Source: the human T2T-CHM13v2.0 reference genome, Homo sapiens
Length of the DNA: 64,000 bases
Assembly (NCBI RefSeq): GCF_009914755.1
Contig: NC_060925.1
Direction: 5' to 3' (one strand)
Position numbers and translations under genes: made by a program. Below the pieces are notes generated by a model. It was not told the origin of the DNA and searched no databases. It saw only the letters and a list, made by a program, of their open reading frames with translations. Shown here in pieces: positions 27,040 through 39,743 of the stretch; the stretch's first letter is position 1; each line of letters opens with the position of its first letter.

Positions 27040-27256
27040 TAGTGGTTCCCAAAAGACCTGTCTGAAGACAGGCTGCATCACAATTCCTAGGAAGCTTTAT
27101 AAAATATAGATTTCCGACCTTGGAACCCAAGTCTCTGGGGACCAGAACCCAAGTTCTAGAGACCATTGAACCCAAGTCTCTGGGCCGAGGCCCAGGAATG
27201 TCATTTTACAAATTCCTTGGGTGATTGTGATACATTGTGGGGTTTGGGAACCTCCA
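27040..27256 (+). mobile_element. MER5-family MITE with an internal triplicated gaacccaagt unit
   Basis: Termini 'tagtggttcccaaa' and 'tttgggaacctc'; 'gaacccaagt' occurs three times in 27123-27180. Confidence 0.65.
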
Positions 27257-27496
27257 GGCAGTGGGCATAAAGCCAAAACAGCATCATGTTGGACAAACTG
27301 GTAGTAGTTATGCCATTTGTGATGAAAGGATATGGGAACTAGCAGTGATTGATTTGTAAGATTTTCTCTGAAGCACTCAGAAAAATTTAAAGACATTGCT
27401 AGAATCTTAGACACCTCCCTTTTAGGAGAATGGGGGGTACTGGCCCCACTGCTCCCCCATAGTGTACTGCGACCAATGACTCCCTCACTCCCATCT

Positions 27497-28200
27497 TTTT
27501 TAAATTGTCGTAAAAGATACATAACATTTGCCATTTTAACCATTTTAAAGTATAAAATTCAGTGGCATTAAGTGCTTTCGCAGTGTTGTGCAACCATCAC
27601 CACTATCAAGGTCCAGAACTTTTTGATGACTCAAATGGAAATTCCATAATCATTAGCAGTAACTCCCCATTTCCCCCTTTCCAGCTCCTGGCAACCACCA
27701 GTCTGCTTTCTATTAGGTTGGTGCAAAAGTAATTGCGGTTTTTGCCATTACTTTTAAGGTCAAAAACTGCAATTACTTTTGCACCAACCTAATATCTCTG
27801 TAGATTTGCTCATTTTGGGTATTTCATATAAGTGGAATCACACAATATATGGCCTTTTGTATCCAGCTTCTTTCACTTAGCATGTTTTCAAGGTTCATCC
27901 ATGTTGTAGCAGGTATCAGAATTTCATCCATTTTTATGGCTGAATAATATTCCATTGCATGGATATATTCTATTTTGTTTATCCACTCATCTGTTGATGG
28001 AGATTTGGGTTATTTCCACCTTTTGGCTATTGTGAATAGTGCTGATATTGTGAATAGTGCAGATATGAGCATTCATGCACAAGTTTTTCTTTGAATATCT
28101 ATTTTCAAATCTTTGGGGTATAGACCTAGGAGTGGAATTGCTGGGTCATATGGTAACTCTATGTTTAACTTATTCAGGAACCTCCAAAAGGTTTTCCACC
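27497..28200 (-). mobile_element. L1MB-type 3' end (ORF2 C-terminus plus 3' UTR), interrupted by MADE1
   Basis: Minus ORF 28073-28387 ends 'WRFLNKLNIELPYDPAIPLLGLYPKD' (L1 ORF2p); typical L1MB UTR motif 'gttgtgcaaccatcaccactatc'. Confidence 0.92.
27713..27792. mobile_element. MADE1 (Hsmar1-derived mariner MITE), full 80 bp
   Basis: Long terminal inverted repeats ttaggttggtgcaaaagtaattgc...gcaattacttttgcaccaacctaa; TA TSD at 27711-27712 and 27793-27794. Confidence 0.97.
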
Positions 28201-28595
28201 CACACTCACTCTTATAAGGCATCTGATACCTCAGTCTGTGCTCTGGCACAGGCACCCAAGGCATCCCAGTCTGTGCCTTGGAAGCCTGTAGCAGAGTCTT
28301 AGGGTTTAAAAGATCTGGGTGTAGGTCAGACTGTGATTCTACAAGCTGTGACACCATGGGTTGGTCATTTCTTTGTACTTTGGTCATCTTTGTGCTTTGG
28401 TTTCCACATAGGACCTCACAGGGTGGTCTAAATATTGAATCAGATAATAAGTGAGACTATGGATAAAACGAGAGGTGCCATATTAGAGTAGTAGGGGGTA
28501 AGGGCTCTACCTGGCCCTATTGTTCAGTGATGGTAAAACCTTGGTCAATTTCTTATAGCCTATGCTTCAGTCTCATCTATAAAATGGGGTGAATA

Positions 28596-28760
28596 AGCTG
28601 GGCATAGTGGTGCAAGCCTGTGGTTCTAGCTACTGGGGAGGCTGAGGCAGTAGGATTGCTTGAGCCCAAGAGCTGGAGGCTGCAGTACCCCATGATCACA
28701 CCTGTGAATAGCCACTCCATAGCTCTAGCCTGGGCAACATAGTGAGGCCCTGTATTTTTA
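28596..28760 (+). mobile_element. FAM (fossil Alu monomer, 7SL-derived) inserted in a MIR
   Basis: Monomer retaining the 7SL-type 'cctgtgaatagccact' segment; 15-bp TSD aaaatggg(g/a)tgaata at 28581-28595 and 28761-28775. Confidence 0.85.
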
Positions 28761-29727
28761 AAAATGGGATGAATAAGAGTACCTGCCTCATAGGACTCTA
28801 GTGTTAAAACAGTCAATTCATGGAAAGCATTCACTGGAAAGTGGTACCAACTTAGCTACTGCTAGAAAATGCTTAGCAATACTGGTGGGGGCCGGGGGAC
28901 TGGTGCTCACATTTTCAGCTTGCACCTGGGTTCCTGCCCTCCCTTTCTCAACTTCTCTACTTCTGTCTCTGGGCTTCTCTGCTGGGACCCTTCTCTCTCA
29001 CGTCCACAGGTCAATGCCCAGCCTGACCCCTTGGTTAATCCCTCTTCTGTGCTCCATGCCCTGCAGAGCTTACTTTGCTGAGTTTGACTTGAGTGTAGAC
29101 TCTGGCTTGTTCATTTTATGGATCTTCTCTAGGGCCTATTATACAGTAGATACTCAATAGATACTTGCTGATTGAATAAATGAAAGAAAACATTTCTCTT
29201 CAACTGGGGAATTGGCTCATGGGGCTGATCACAGTACAGGGCCCTGGGGCTTGGGGGCCCTCTCCACAACTAAGCCAGGAGCATGCCCAAATGCTCCACA
29301 ATGCCTCTCCCCAGTTTCACAGTCTGCCAAACAGCACAGTGAGAGGTCACTTCAGGATCTAGGAGTGAGTGGGGCAGAGCAGTGACAAGGCCCAGCCACC
29401 TGGTCTCCTCAGCCTTCCTCAGCTATCTTGGGCTCAGAAAGTGGTGATGGGTAGGCATGGACTCTCCTCCCATGACCCTCAAACATGTCCCGTCTGTCTC
29501 CCCACTTTACCTGTCCTCTCAAATGTAGGCCATTTGAGCCTACACTCAGCTCCCTTCTCTTTTTTGGAAATAAAAGATGCTCTGAGAAGAAGTGTACATT
29601 GCCAGACATGGAGGCACTGAGGCCTGCCAGTCTGGTGAGAGAGACTACAGGGCAGAGAGATTACAGGGACATTTGGAAGGAACATTGCTGGTGAAGGGGT
29701 CCTAACCAAGAGCAGTCCTTGAGCTAG

Positions 29728-30398
29728 GTGTATGCGCATGCATGTGCATATGTGTATGCACCTATGTGAGTGCCCAGGTGTGTATGCATGTGTGTGTGTG
29801 CACATGTGAGTACATGTGTATGTATGCATGTGCATGTGTATGCCTGTGTGTGTATACACCTACGTGAGTGTGTGAGTGTATGGTTGTGTATGTGTATGCA
29901 TGTATGTACCTGTGTGAGTGTATGAGTGTGTATGCATGTGTGTGTGCATGTGTGAGTGCATAGGTATGTGTGCACATGCATGTGCATGTATAAGCATGTG
30001 TCTGTGTGTGTATACACCTGAGTGTGAGTGCATGGGTGTGTATGTGTATGCATGTGTATGTGCATGTATGCTTGTATATGCATGCACCTGTGTGAGTGTA
30101 TGAGTTCACAGGTGTGTATGCATAAGTATGTGTGCCTGTATATACATGTGTGCATGTATGTGTGCATGTGTGTGTTATGCTTATGTAAGTGCATGGATGT
30201 GGCTGTGTATGCACATGAATGTGCATGTACACATGTGTATACATAAGTGTATGAGTAAATAAGTGTGTGTGTGCATGTATATGCATGTGTTCATGTGTGT
30301 GTTATGCCTATGTGAGTGCATGGGTGTATATGTGTAGGCACATGCATGTGCATTTGTGCATGTGCACTTATGCACCCATGTGAGTGTATGAGTGGATA
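29728..30398. repeat. ~670-bp degenerate alternating purine-pyrimidine (TG/CA/TA) tract, continuing at 31426-31456
   Basis: Composed of tgtg/tgca/tgta units with a recurring cctRtgtgagtg anchor. Confidence 0.95.
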
Positions 30399-31421
30399 TG
30401 ATAATGGCAGGAGGCAGACAAATCCCAAGGCAGACAGGGGCAGATCCCTAGTGAAAAACTGACTTTCAAACCAAAGACAGTTTAAAGCCTGAAAGCCGAG
30501 TTACAAGTCCCAGGTAAATCCATGGACTGGATTGAGAACCTCTCTTTCCATTTGGCGTGCTTTCCTCTGATTGATCCCCACTCCTCACCTATTTTACACA
30601 TACCTACCCTTCCCTAATTGGTTTTTTACACTGTCATGCTCACCTTTGAGTGGTGCCTTTGTTTTAGCCTTTTTTGCATACCCACAAACCAATCAGCATG
30701 CACTGCTCCATTCTGAGCCCATAAAAGCCCCGGACCCAGCCACATTGAGGGAGAGAGACCACCCAACTTCAGATGGGGGACCAACCTCACATCCCCTCTC
30801 TGCTGAGAGCTATTTTGTAGCTTAATAAAACTCTTATATGCCCTTCTCACCCTTCAACTGTCAGTGTAATCTCATTCTTCTTGGATGTGGGACAAGAACT
30901 TGGGACCCACTGAAGGTGAGTATGAAGAAAGCTGTAACACTGTAACCCTCCCATTCTCCATCAGCAGAGGGCAGCCACCCCATGCAGCAGGAAGCAGTGT
31001 CAGGGTCAGGCCAGCCCTGGATCCGCAGGCTGGAGCAGGGCAGTGGACTAAAGGAGCTGTTAGCATGCTCTAACACCTGCTCTGGGGCTTCAGGGTTGTG
31101 GGCATCCCTGTTTGGGTGCCACCGCATTCCCCTCATCTGGAGGCCAGAGTCCACCACAGCAGTCGGTCATGACATGCCTGGTCCAAATGCAAGCCCCACA
31201 CAAAGCCTGCTCCTGTGCTGACACTTGGAGCAGCTAGCCGGACCCCACACTTGCTTGCTCACACACCCACTTCTGCCATGGGCTGAGTGCGCTGTCCTTG
31301 TGGCCATGGGATCTGCGCTGGAGTGCAAGCCAGGCACAGCCTGGTGGTTTGAGTGAGCAGGGGCATCACCAGCCATGAAGGTCTCTGGCTGGCAAAGCGG
31401 CACTGAAAATATCCTGCATTA
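30399..31421 (+). mobile_element. ERV1 solo LTR (~1 kb; LTR28/LTR1/LTR27-type group)
   Basis: Starts TGATA, ends 'atcctgcatta' (CA>TA); 4-bp TSD gata at 30395-30398 and 31422-31425; CCAAT 30689, cATAAAA 30720, AATAAA 30824. Confidence 0.88.
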
Positions 31422-32107
31422 GATAGGCATGTATGTGTATGCATGTGCTTGCATGTTAGGGGGCTGAGCTAGGGGAATAGGTGGAATTGGCCACTCCTTC
31501 CTGGATGCCCACCAGCTTAATTTCACATGTGCAGCCAGGTCTGGGCAGCTGAGCCTGCAGGCCTGCCAAGGTGACTGGGGAATGCCTGAGAGTGTGAACA
31601 CTAATACAAAAGCCAGATGCCAAGTGAGAGGAGAGTTCACACATCAGAGTGTCATGGTCACCTTGGGCAAGTCTCTTCTCTGGGGCTTTAATTTCCTGCC
31701 CATCAAATAACAAAGGGGTCAGAGACCCTCTTTTTCACATTGCATTAACATCTCTGCTAAGAGCTGCTCCAGCATGCTCAAGGAGACATGCTGCTGACAG
31801 TCCACCCCTCTCTCCCGAGGCTCTGTTTGCTGAGGACATGGGCTGGCAACTGAAGAGAGCCTGGAATCCTGGGGCAAGCACTATGCCCAGCTGCCGTCCC
31901 CCTCCTGCCCTCCTGCACAGGGGTCCCCAAACCTTTCCCCAACTGCCACACTCCATCTGGCTGCAGCAGCAGCCATCCAGGGAGTGCTCGTCCTCTCTGA
32001 GACCTGCCTGGCTCTCATGCTTGCTTCCATTCAAGTTGGATGCCCCACCCCTGGGAACAGCCCTGACTTCATGTCCCCTACAGCCTAAGCACCGTTCATT
32101 CACTAGA

Positions 32108-32320
32108 CTGGTAGTCTCCAAAGTATAGTATACACCATTATTGAGCATAGGAGGAAAATACCAGGGCTACTATTTCTACTTATCACATCCTTCTGCAAAT
32201 TCCTAATTTATATGTGTATGTGTTAGTATGTACAAAATATATCATATAGTAATGCTGGAGTACGTTCTCAAAAATACTTTTACTGGAAGAGTATGCAATT
32301 AATAAAGTTTGGAGATTGTG
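32108..32320. mobile_element. hAT-Charlie type MITE (degenerate)
   Basis: Inverted termini 'gtctccaaa' and 'tttggagatt' around an AT-rich body. Confidence 0.45.
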
Positions 32321-32399
32321 TTAGTGGAGGTAAAATACACAGAATGACGATAACTACAATTTGGTGTTTGGTGACAAATGTCACAATAGAGGTGAAGGT

Positions 32400-32990
32400 T
32401 AAATGCTGTGAAAGTTCAAGAAAGGATGTAATTGCTACTAACTAAAGCGCAGGAGAAGAATCAGTGAAGACTTCATCAGAGGATTGAGTTTGGGGCTGAA
32501 TCTTAAAAGATAGGATGTGGCCATGTGGCCATGGGAAGGAAGGGCTCTCCCAGCAGAGGTCATCACATAAGCAAAAGCACAGGGCTGGAGAGCAGACAAG
32601 CACAGGACAGATGCGGGGCCCAGAGCCCTGGTGTCCCAGCTATAGATGGGAAAAGCAGTCGGATATGAGATGGGAAGGGTGGGTTGGGGACAAATGATAG
32701 AGAAGGGACTCTGAATACCCCAGGGATGTGTGGGGAATGTGCACAAAACTGAAAAAAAATGAGGGGAGCCAATGAGGATTGCTTAGGAGGGAAGAGACAT
32801 GGCCCAACTGTGTTTGGAGACTTTTAATCTAGGAGGGGAGTGTAAGATTGGAAAATGGAAGGTGACCATCATAGCCCAGGCAGGAGGGCCTGAAATCAAT
32901 CAGAAAAGAAAGGGAAAGAAGGAGGCAGGTGTAAGAAACATCGTAGGAGCGGATTTAACTGAGTGCCTTCACTGATGGGACAAGGTGCGG
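32400..32990 (-). mobile_element. Old L2 LINE fragment
   Basis: 'aatcagtgaagacttcat...gctgaatcttaaaagatag' and 'cagagg...aagcaaaagcacaggg', purine-rich antisense L2 motifs. Confidence 0.55.
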
Positions 32991-34763
32991 GTGGGGGGCA
33001 TGAGGACGGGAGAAGCGAAAGATAAGTCAACCTTCAATGCTCAGTGACCAGAGGGACAGCTGCAGAGGGAAACCTGCAAGGAAAGTTCAGGTTGTGAGGT
33101 CTGTCTCCATTGTCTAGAAGTGACAATTAAAGGATAAGAGTCTGGGTGGTTGGTTGATTTTACAAAAAAGATGAATTCGCCAAGGGCTAAACCTGTCTGC
33201 ACTTTTGATGGAAACAGGTCTTTATCTTCATTTGACAAACATTTTTGCATCCCTCCTACGGGGAAGGCATCATGCCAGGCACTGGAAATGTAGAGAGGAA
33301 CCAGAAATACTGCCCCTGTCCTCAGGGGCCCTCAGTAGAGAAGGGAAACTACCACACAAAGAAGTTTTTGACAATCCGTCAGCTGAGTGCTCCAACAAGA
33401 GGCCAGAGGAGGGTTCATGGCAGTGACGCTCTCCCTGGCTCGGCAGCCAGAGCCATCTCCTGAGAGGAATTCCAACCTTTCTTCACAACTCAGGGACATC
33501 ATCACAGGTGGGGGTGGCATGGGATAGATGCTAGGTGCCCATGACCTTGCATTTTTAGAGAAAACTGTCATGTCAACTGTGTCACCCTTTACCAAGCAAG
33601 CCAACCTCAGAGTGCACAGCACCATGAATTTGGATCTTGCAATCTCTTTTATTCTTGCCTCTTGAGCTTCTTTGACCTCCCTTTATTTTTGGATTTAGGG
33701 GGCTCCCAGAAATTTGGTGGAGAGGAGAGCTCTAGATTTCTGAGTGTACTTTGGCTTATTTTAATTAATTAACGTTTTCCCTCCTGGCCCCATCAGCCTT
33801 GTTCCTTTTTCAGACTTCCTCATCTCCCCAGCTATTTATAAACCCCTGTTCCCTTGGCCTATGACTTTGTTCCTTTCTCACTGTTGAATATTCATGCTGT
33901 AAGGTCTCCCCAGAGAGGGAGGTCCCCATTATCTACCCAGGCTCGTCTGATGTTGTTTAACCCCGATGTGTCCTGAAACTTGGCAGAGTAGAAACAGCAC
34001 AAGCCCTCAAGTCAGCCAGATGTCAACATCTGGCTCCTCCCCTGTTGTTTGAGTGTCTTTGGGCAGGTCTCCAAGGATCAGCATCCTTAAGAATAGGATG
34101 GTTCACCATACTGTTCCCTCTTTGTTTGGAAGTTAACCTTTAGTGTTGATTTATTTTGTATTTGAGTCTCAAATACTGTATTGGTAAATTTAAGGAAAGA
34201 AGAAAACAGAAATTAGCCTGTAAGCTGTAAGCCTTAGACCTTCTAAGCAAGGTCTACCCTATATATTATCACACCACCTTCCCAATCCCCTGGTACAACA
34301 CTTGGCATACAGTAGGTGCTCAATAATGTCACCCCCTCCATCTTTCCTATCCCATTGACTTTCCCCCCACCTGTTTGATGGTTTTCATGGGGTCCATATG
34401 TCACAGAATGTCCCTGCCCTCAGGCAGTAGGGACTTCATGTTGTGGCCTCTCTTTGCGGGGAGCACACCTGTCTGGGGTGTGCCTGCTCCTTCTTTCTCT
34501 CCAGCTGTCTCTCTGAGCCTGCCCTGGCCCACGCTGGCTGACATACACCTCCTGCACTGATAACTATTTGCTGCTGCACTTGCCCCTAGCTGGGCTTGGC
34601 CGCTGCTGCAGAGGGCCATCCTCTGCCTCACATCCTCTGATGAGTCCTGGGCAGGTTCAGGTGGGCCCTGGGCCTGAGCCATGGTATGTACTCTCTGGCT
34701 GCAGCCCCACCAGAAAAATACTCACTGTCTGAAGACCAGCACCTGGAGGCTCTGGAGTTAGTG

Positions 34764-34984
34764 CAGTGCTTTCAACTGGGGGTGTCTTGCTTCCTCTGAT
34801 TCCCAGGGGATATCTGGCAATGTCTGGAAACATTTTTGGTTTTCACAACTAGAGGTTACTACTGGCATCTAGTGGGTAAAGGTCAGGGATGTTGTTAACT
34901 ATCATACAAGGCACAGGACAGCCACCCCACATCAAAGAATTATTCAGCCAAAAATGTCAATAGTGCTGAGATTTAAAAGCTTTG
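34764..34984 (+). mobile_element. MER20 hAT-Charlie MITE
   Basis: 'tggcaatgtctggaaacatttttggttttcacaact...tactggcatctagtgggta...aaagaattattcagccaaaaatgtcaatagtgctgag'. Confidence 0.92.
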
Positions 34985-35002
34985 GGCAGTGTCATTAAAC
35001 AT

Positions 35003-35210
35003 AACAATACCTGCCATTAATTGAGCACTTGCTGTGTGTCAGAGGCTGTGCTAAGTACTTTACATGCACTTTCTCATTTAATCCTCACCACCACGGTATG
35101 AGACAGGCAGTGCCATTTTCCCATTGTACAAATGAGGAAATAGAGAGACTGAAGGTGAACTCACTTGCACAATGATGCACAGCTAATCAATGGTGTAGGC
35201 AGGGTTTGCT
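35003..35210 (-). mobile_element. MIR SINE
   Basis: 'ttgagcacttgctgtgtgtcag...ctcatttaatcctcacca...cccattgtacaaatgaggaaa'. Confidence 0.8.
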
Positions 35211-36680
35211 CTTGTGTGCCGCTGGGCACATCTGGACAGCACCTGCATCACCAACTCCCTCTCTGCTGTGTTGGCTCAGTCCAGTGGGCAGTGCATCTAC
35301 TTTGGTTTTCCTGATGAGCACTCCATTCTCCACTAGGCTTGGAGTCTGGCCAGATCCACTTAATGGACTCCAACATACCTCCAAACACTCTCAGCCTTGT
35401 GGAAGCCATGTCAAGAATGAACAGTCTCTTGGAAGTGTCACAGAGCTCCCCATCTGTCTGGCCTCCTTCCTGCTGCTAAGCAGTGCCCCAACCAACCCCG
35501 CAGGAGGAAAGACTCCCCAAAATTGTCCTACCCAATGGATACTCTACACCAACCCGCACTAGACTACAGCTTTGGCAGCTGGCTGAGATCCCAGCCACAG
35601 TTCCACTCAGCCCCAGATCCCACTTCCTCTGCCCCATCTGGGTCCTGTGTGGTCCACAATGGTTCTTACTCAGGTCCTGAACCTCTCATCTTCTGTCTGA
35701 CACCCACATCTCATCAAATGCATCATCTGGGCATCCTTATGCACCCTGATTCCATCTCCTATTTGGACTCCTCCCTCTGGGCCCCAAGATTCCTTCCACA
35801 TTTTATACTCAGTTCCACTCAAATTCTGCCAAGCTTTCACTAGGAAGGAAGCACTGTGCTGGGGATTAAAGAGGACACAGAATCAAAGCAGATACAGCTC
35901 CCCCAACCGCTAGAGCTCTGGTTTCATGGCGGGAGTGAATTTTCCACAATGGGATCACAGTAAGGTAGGCTCCCCTCCTTTAGGGACATGCACAGAGGCA
36001 GAGGTGTGGTTGACCTGTGAGCAGCTGAGGCTTCCCAGAGGAGGCAACACTGGGAAGAATGAGGGTGTGGGCCCCACCAGTTCTGATACTGGAGAGTTCC
36101 AGGGTCTTTCTGCAGCCCTGCCTTTGTCCTGAGGGCCTGGCTGTCACCTGGCTCTGTATCAGGACTCATGGAATCTTAGCCTGCATTTTTGCTGTGCTTC
36201 CCAGAGCTGAAGGACTCTCCCTTCCAAATACCCGCGAACAAGCACACTGCTTGACCTGCTTCTCCCTCACTCAGTTCATGCAGTTGACTTATCTGCATAT
36301 AGTGCCTGTTTTATGTCAGGAACCCAGCAGCAGCTGGAGTCACAGATTCTCTGAGCTGGCACGGCTTTTGTTCATCTGGCCCAAACTTGTCCATCCTTAG
36401 TACAGTTTCTTTCCACTGGATCGTGTTTGTCAGGAAATGAACAAGAAGCCTCAGGCTGAGTTTGCTCAGGATTCATTTTTACCTCGTTCTTCCTAGTTCT
36501 GCATTTGTTCCTTATAACAATCCTTCATGCTCATGAAGCCATGATGGATTGTAGATGTAGATGGCAGACATCATTCATTGTCATTTACAGATGAAGAAAC
36601 GGAGGCCAAAACACTAAAAGCACTGCATTCCAGGCCTAGCTCTGTGGCTGGCTGCTCTTTCCCCTCAAGCTGACACCATC

Positions 36681-37040
36681 TGTATTAGTTCATTTTCACG
36701 CTGCTGATAGACATAACTGAGACTCGGAAGAAAAAGAGGTTTAATGGACTTACAGTTCCACATGACTAGGGAGGCCTCACAATCATGGCAGAAGGCAAGG
36801 AGGTGCAAATCACATCTTACATGGATGACAGCGGACAAGGAGAGAAAGCTTGTATGGGGAACTCCTCTTTTTAAAACCATCAGATCTCATGAGACTTATT
36901 CACTATCGCAAGAAGAGCAGGAGAAAGACCTGACCCCGTGATTCAATTACCTCCCACCAGGTTCCTCCCATGACACATGGGAATTGTGGGAATTATAATT
37001 CAAGATGATATTTGGGTGGGGACACAGCCGAACCATATCT
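36681..37040 (-). mobile_element. THE1 (THE1B/C-like) MaLR solo LTR
   Basis: 360 bp; 'gaggcctcacaatcatggcagaaggcaa', 'aaaaccatcagatctcatgagacttattcactatc'; exact 5-bp TSD ccatc at 36676-36680 and 37041-37045. Confidence 0.95.
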
Positions 37041-38430
37041 CCATCTAAGGTAAGCTTCTTTTGGAGACCCAGTTAGATAGTTCTACCAATCTGTAAATTT
37101 GTGGAATTATAAAAAGGTGCTGGAATTGATCTTAGCAGTACAGCAGCTAGCTCCTTTGACGTATATAGACCCTTGTTAACCAGCTTCCCTTGTTGGGGTG
37201 TGAAACCCCCTTCTTGGGGATAAGAGGAACTCTTCTTGCAGGCTGGGAGGAAATCTACCAGTCCAGAAGAGGAACTGCCTTCACCTCCTCTACACTGAGG
37301 AGTTGCTGCTTCTGGTCATTCACAGAGAGGAAGCTGAGGGTTTTTTGCCTATGCTATTCCAAATTTAATGTAAATATTTCACTGCAAGTCTAAAACCCGC
37401 CCTGTTGGCTTTGCTTGGCCTAACCAGAAGTATTTCAGTGCAATCTGATCTCTGAGCTCAGGGCTGTTCCTCAGGACCTCAGGCCGCATCCGGCAGGTCT
37501 CCCCACAAGGCTTCCATTCCAACCCTTACAGAAAAGAGTGGCCTTGTGATATTATGAAGCCTGCCAATCTCATGTCCCTTGTGCTGCAGAAGCACTTGGC
37601 CAGCGTGTTGCAATGCAAGCGCTTTCTGATCAATATCTGTTAGCATCATGGCCCTGAGCAGCTAAAAATCACACACCAAATGGTTCCCTTTTGTAGCAAG
37701 AATCATTTCATTTGCTCCTTGACTTTCAGGTACCTTGGACACTAAAACAACAGTGTATCAAAAGCCAGCCACAGAAATCAGCCTTTACACTTGCAAAGCA
37801 TTGTCCACTTTCCAAAGCACGTGCACCTCCCTCAGCCCATCTGGCCAACCCTACGGGGGGTTAGTGACTCAGGGTTACTGCTACATTAAGCAAAGGGTCA
37901 TGTAGTATACAATCAAAAAGTAACTTCACTTTTATCTCCCCCTGTCCCACTAAATGTGTCCAGAAGAGCTGGCTGTTCTCTGCCCTTTGGAAGAAATCTA
38001 GGGCACATCCCATGATGTTTTCCATCCCTCTTTAGGTAATTAAAAGTCTTCTAGGAACCAAGATTCCTTAGAGAAAGCACTGATTCTAAGGCTAGGGCTC
38101 AGAAAATACAAGACCAGCCTGGAGAAACTTGTAGTGCCAGAAAATAAGAAAGAAGTAAAAAAAGAAGTTAAGAAGGAAGAAAGGAACAAACGAAGGAAAT
38201 AAAAAGGATAAAACCTCTAACCTGAAAAAGCTTCCAATGATCAAAACATCCAATGACTGATATTCCAAAGGTAGAACAATTTGAGTAACAAAATAAACAA
38301 CAATAGCATTGTATTATGACTCAAAGAATAAAAATCTTTGGGTCAATACTAATGTAAATAATGTATTGAATAAATAAATAAATGGATAAATGGGGAGAAG
38401 GGACAACTCTTTCTTACAAAAGAATTCTAA

Positions 38431-38819
<389 letters not shown>

Positions 38820-39509
38820 GATGAATGCTAAAATTAAAAGGTAAAGCTTTAAGGAGAAACAGGATATCTGCATAGCCTCAACGTATCTCCCCCAGAATAT
38901 TTTCTAATGACTGTGGTAGTTTTAACACGTGTCCGAAAATGATTTGATATTCCTCCCTGCAGCAGGTGGAGCTTCGTTCCCCTGCTTGAGCATGGGCCGG
39001 ATGTATTGACTGGCTTCTAATGACAGATTATGGAGAGGGGACAATAGTGACTTCGCAATGAACCCGGCAGATACCACCTTAGCCAAGTGATTAACATAAT
39101 GAGCAATAAATATTATTGTTGTCATGCGCCCCCCAATATAATGCAATGAGAAGGGGACAGCACTTCTACCATATTTTCCCTCAAAGTCCATAACCTCAGT
39201 CTGCTCATAAGAAAACATTACGCAAACCCAAGGTGAGGAATGAACATTCTATAGTATGCCCGATCAGTATGTTCCAAAAGTGTCAAGGTCATGAAAAGAC
39301 AAGAAAAGACCAACTGTCACAGAATGCAGGACACTAAGGAGGTATGACCCCCACCCCCAAATGCAATGTGCAATCCTGGATTGGATCCTGTTCCGGGATG
39401 CTGTTGTGCTAATGTTAATTTCTTAGTTCTGACACACCTACCACAGTAGCTTTGTAAGATGGCTACATTAGGGGAGACAGGGTGAAAGGTACACCAGAAC
39501 TCTCTAGAG

Positions 39510-39743
39510 CATGCATTGTCAACGGAGCATTTCTCCCCCAAGGGGAGAAAATTGTCTGTTGGGTAGAAAAAAAAAATCACAATGGTTTGTGGCCCTCTAA
39601 AGGGCCACAGTACATAAATAGATATCCAGCATATCTGTGGGACTAAAATTTTATGGGAGAAAAATCATAGAAATAAACACCTAAACAGACTCCTGGGGTG
39701 GGAGTGGAGCAATGATGAAAATAAAAATGGTTGAGAAATCCTG
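39510..39743 (-). mobile_element. hAT-Charlie MITE (MER112-like)
   Basis: Exact 8-bp TSD ctctagag at 39502-39509 and 39744-39751; imperfect TIRs catgcattgtcaac / gttgagaaatcctg. Confidence 0.85.

Noticed and set aside
29479-30375. His/Thr-rich and Cys/Val/Met-rich ORFs
   Set aside because: These are translations of the purine-pyrimidine simple repeat, not metal-binding proteins.
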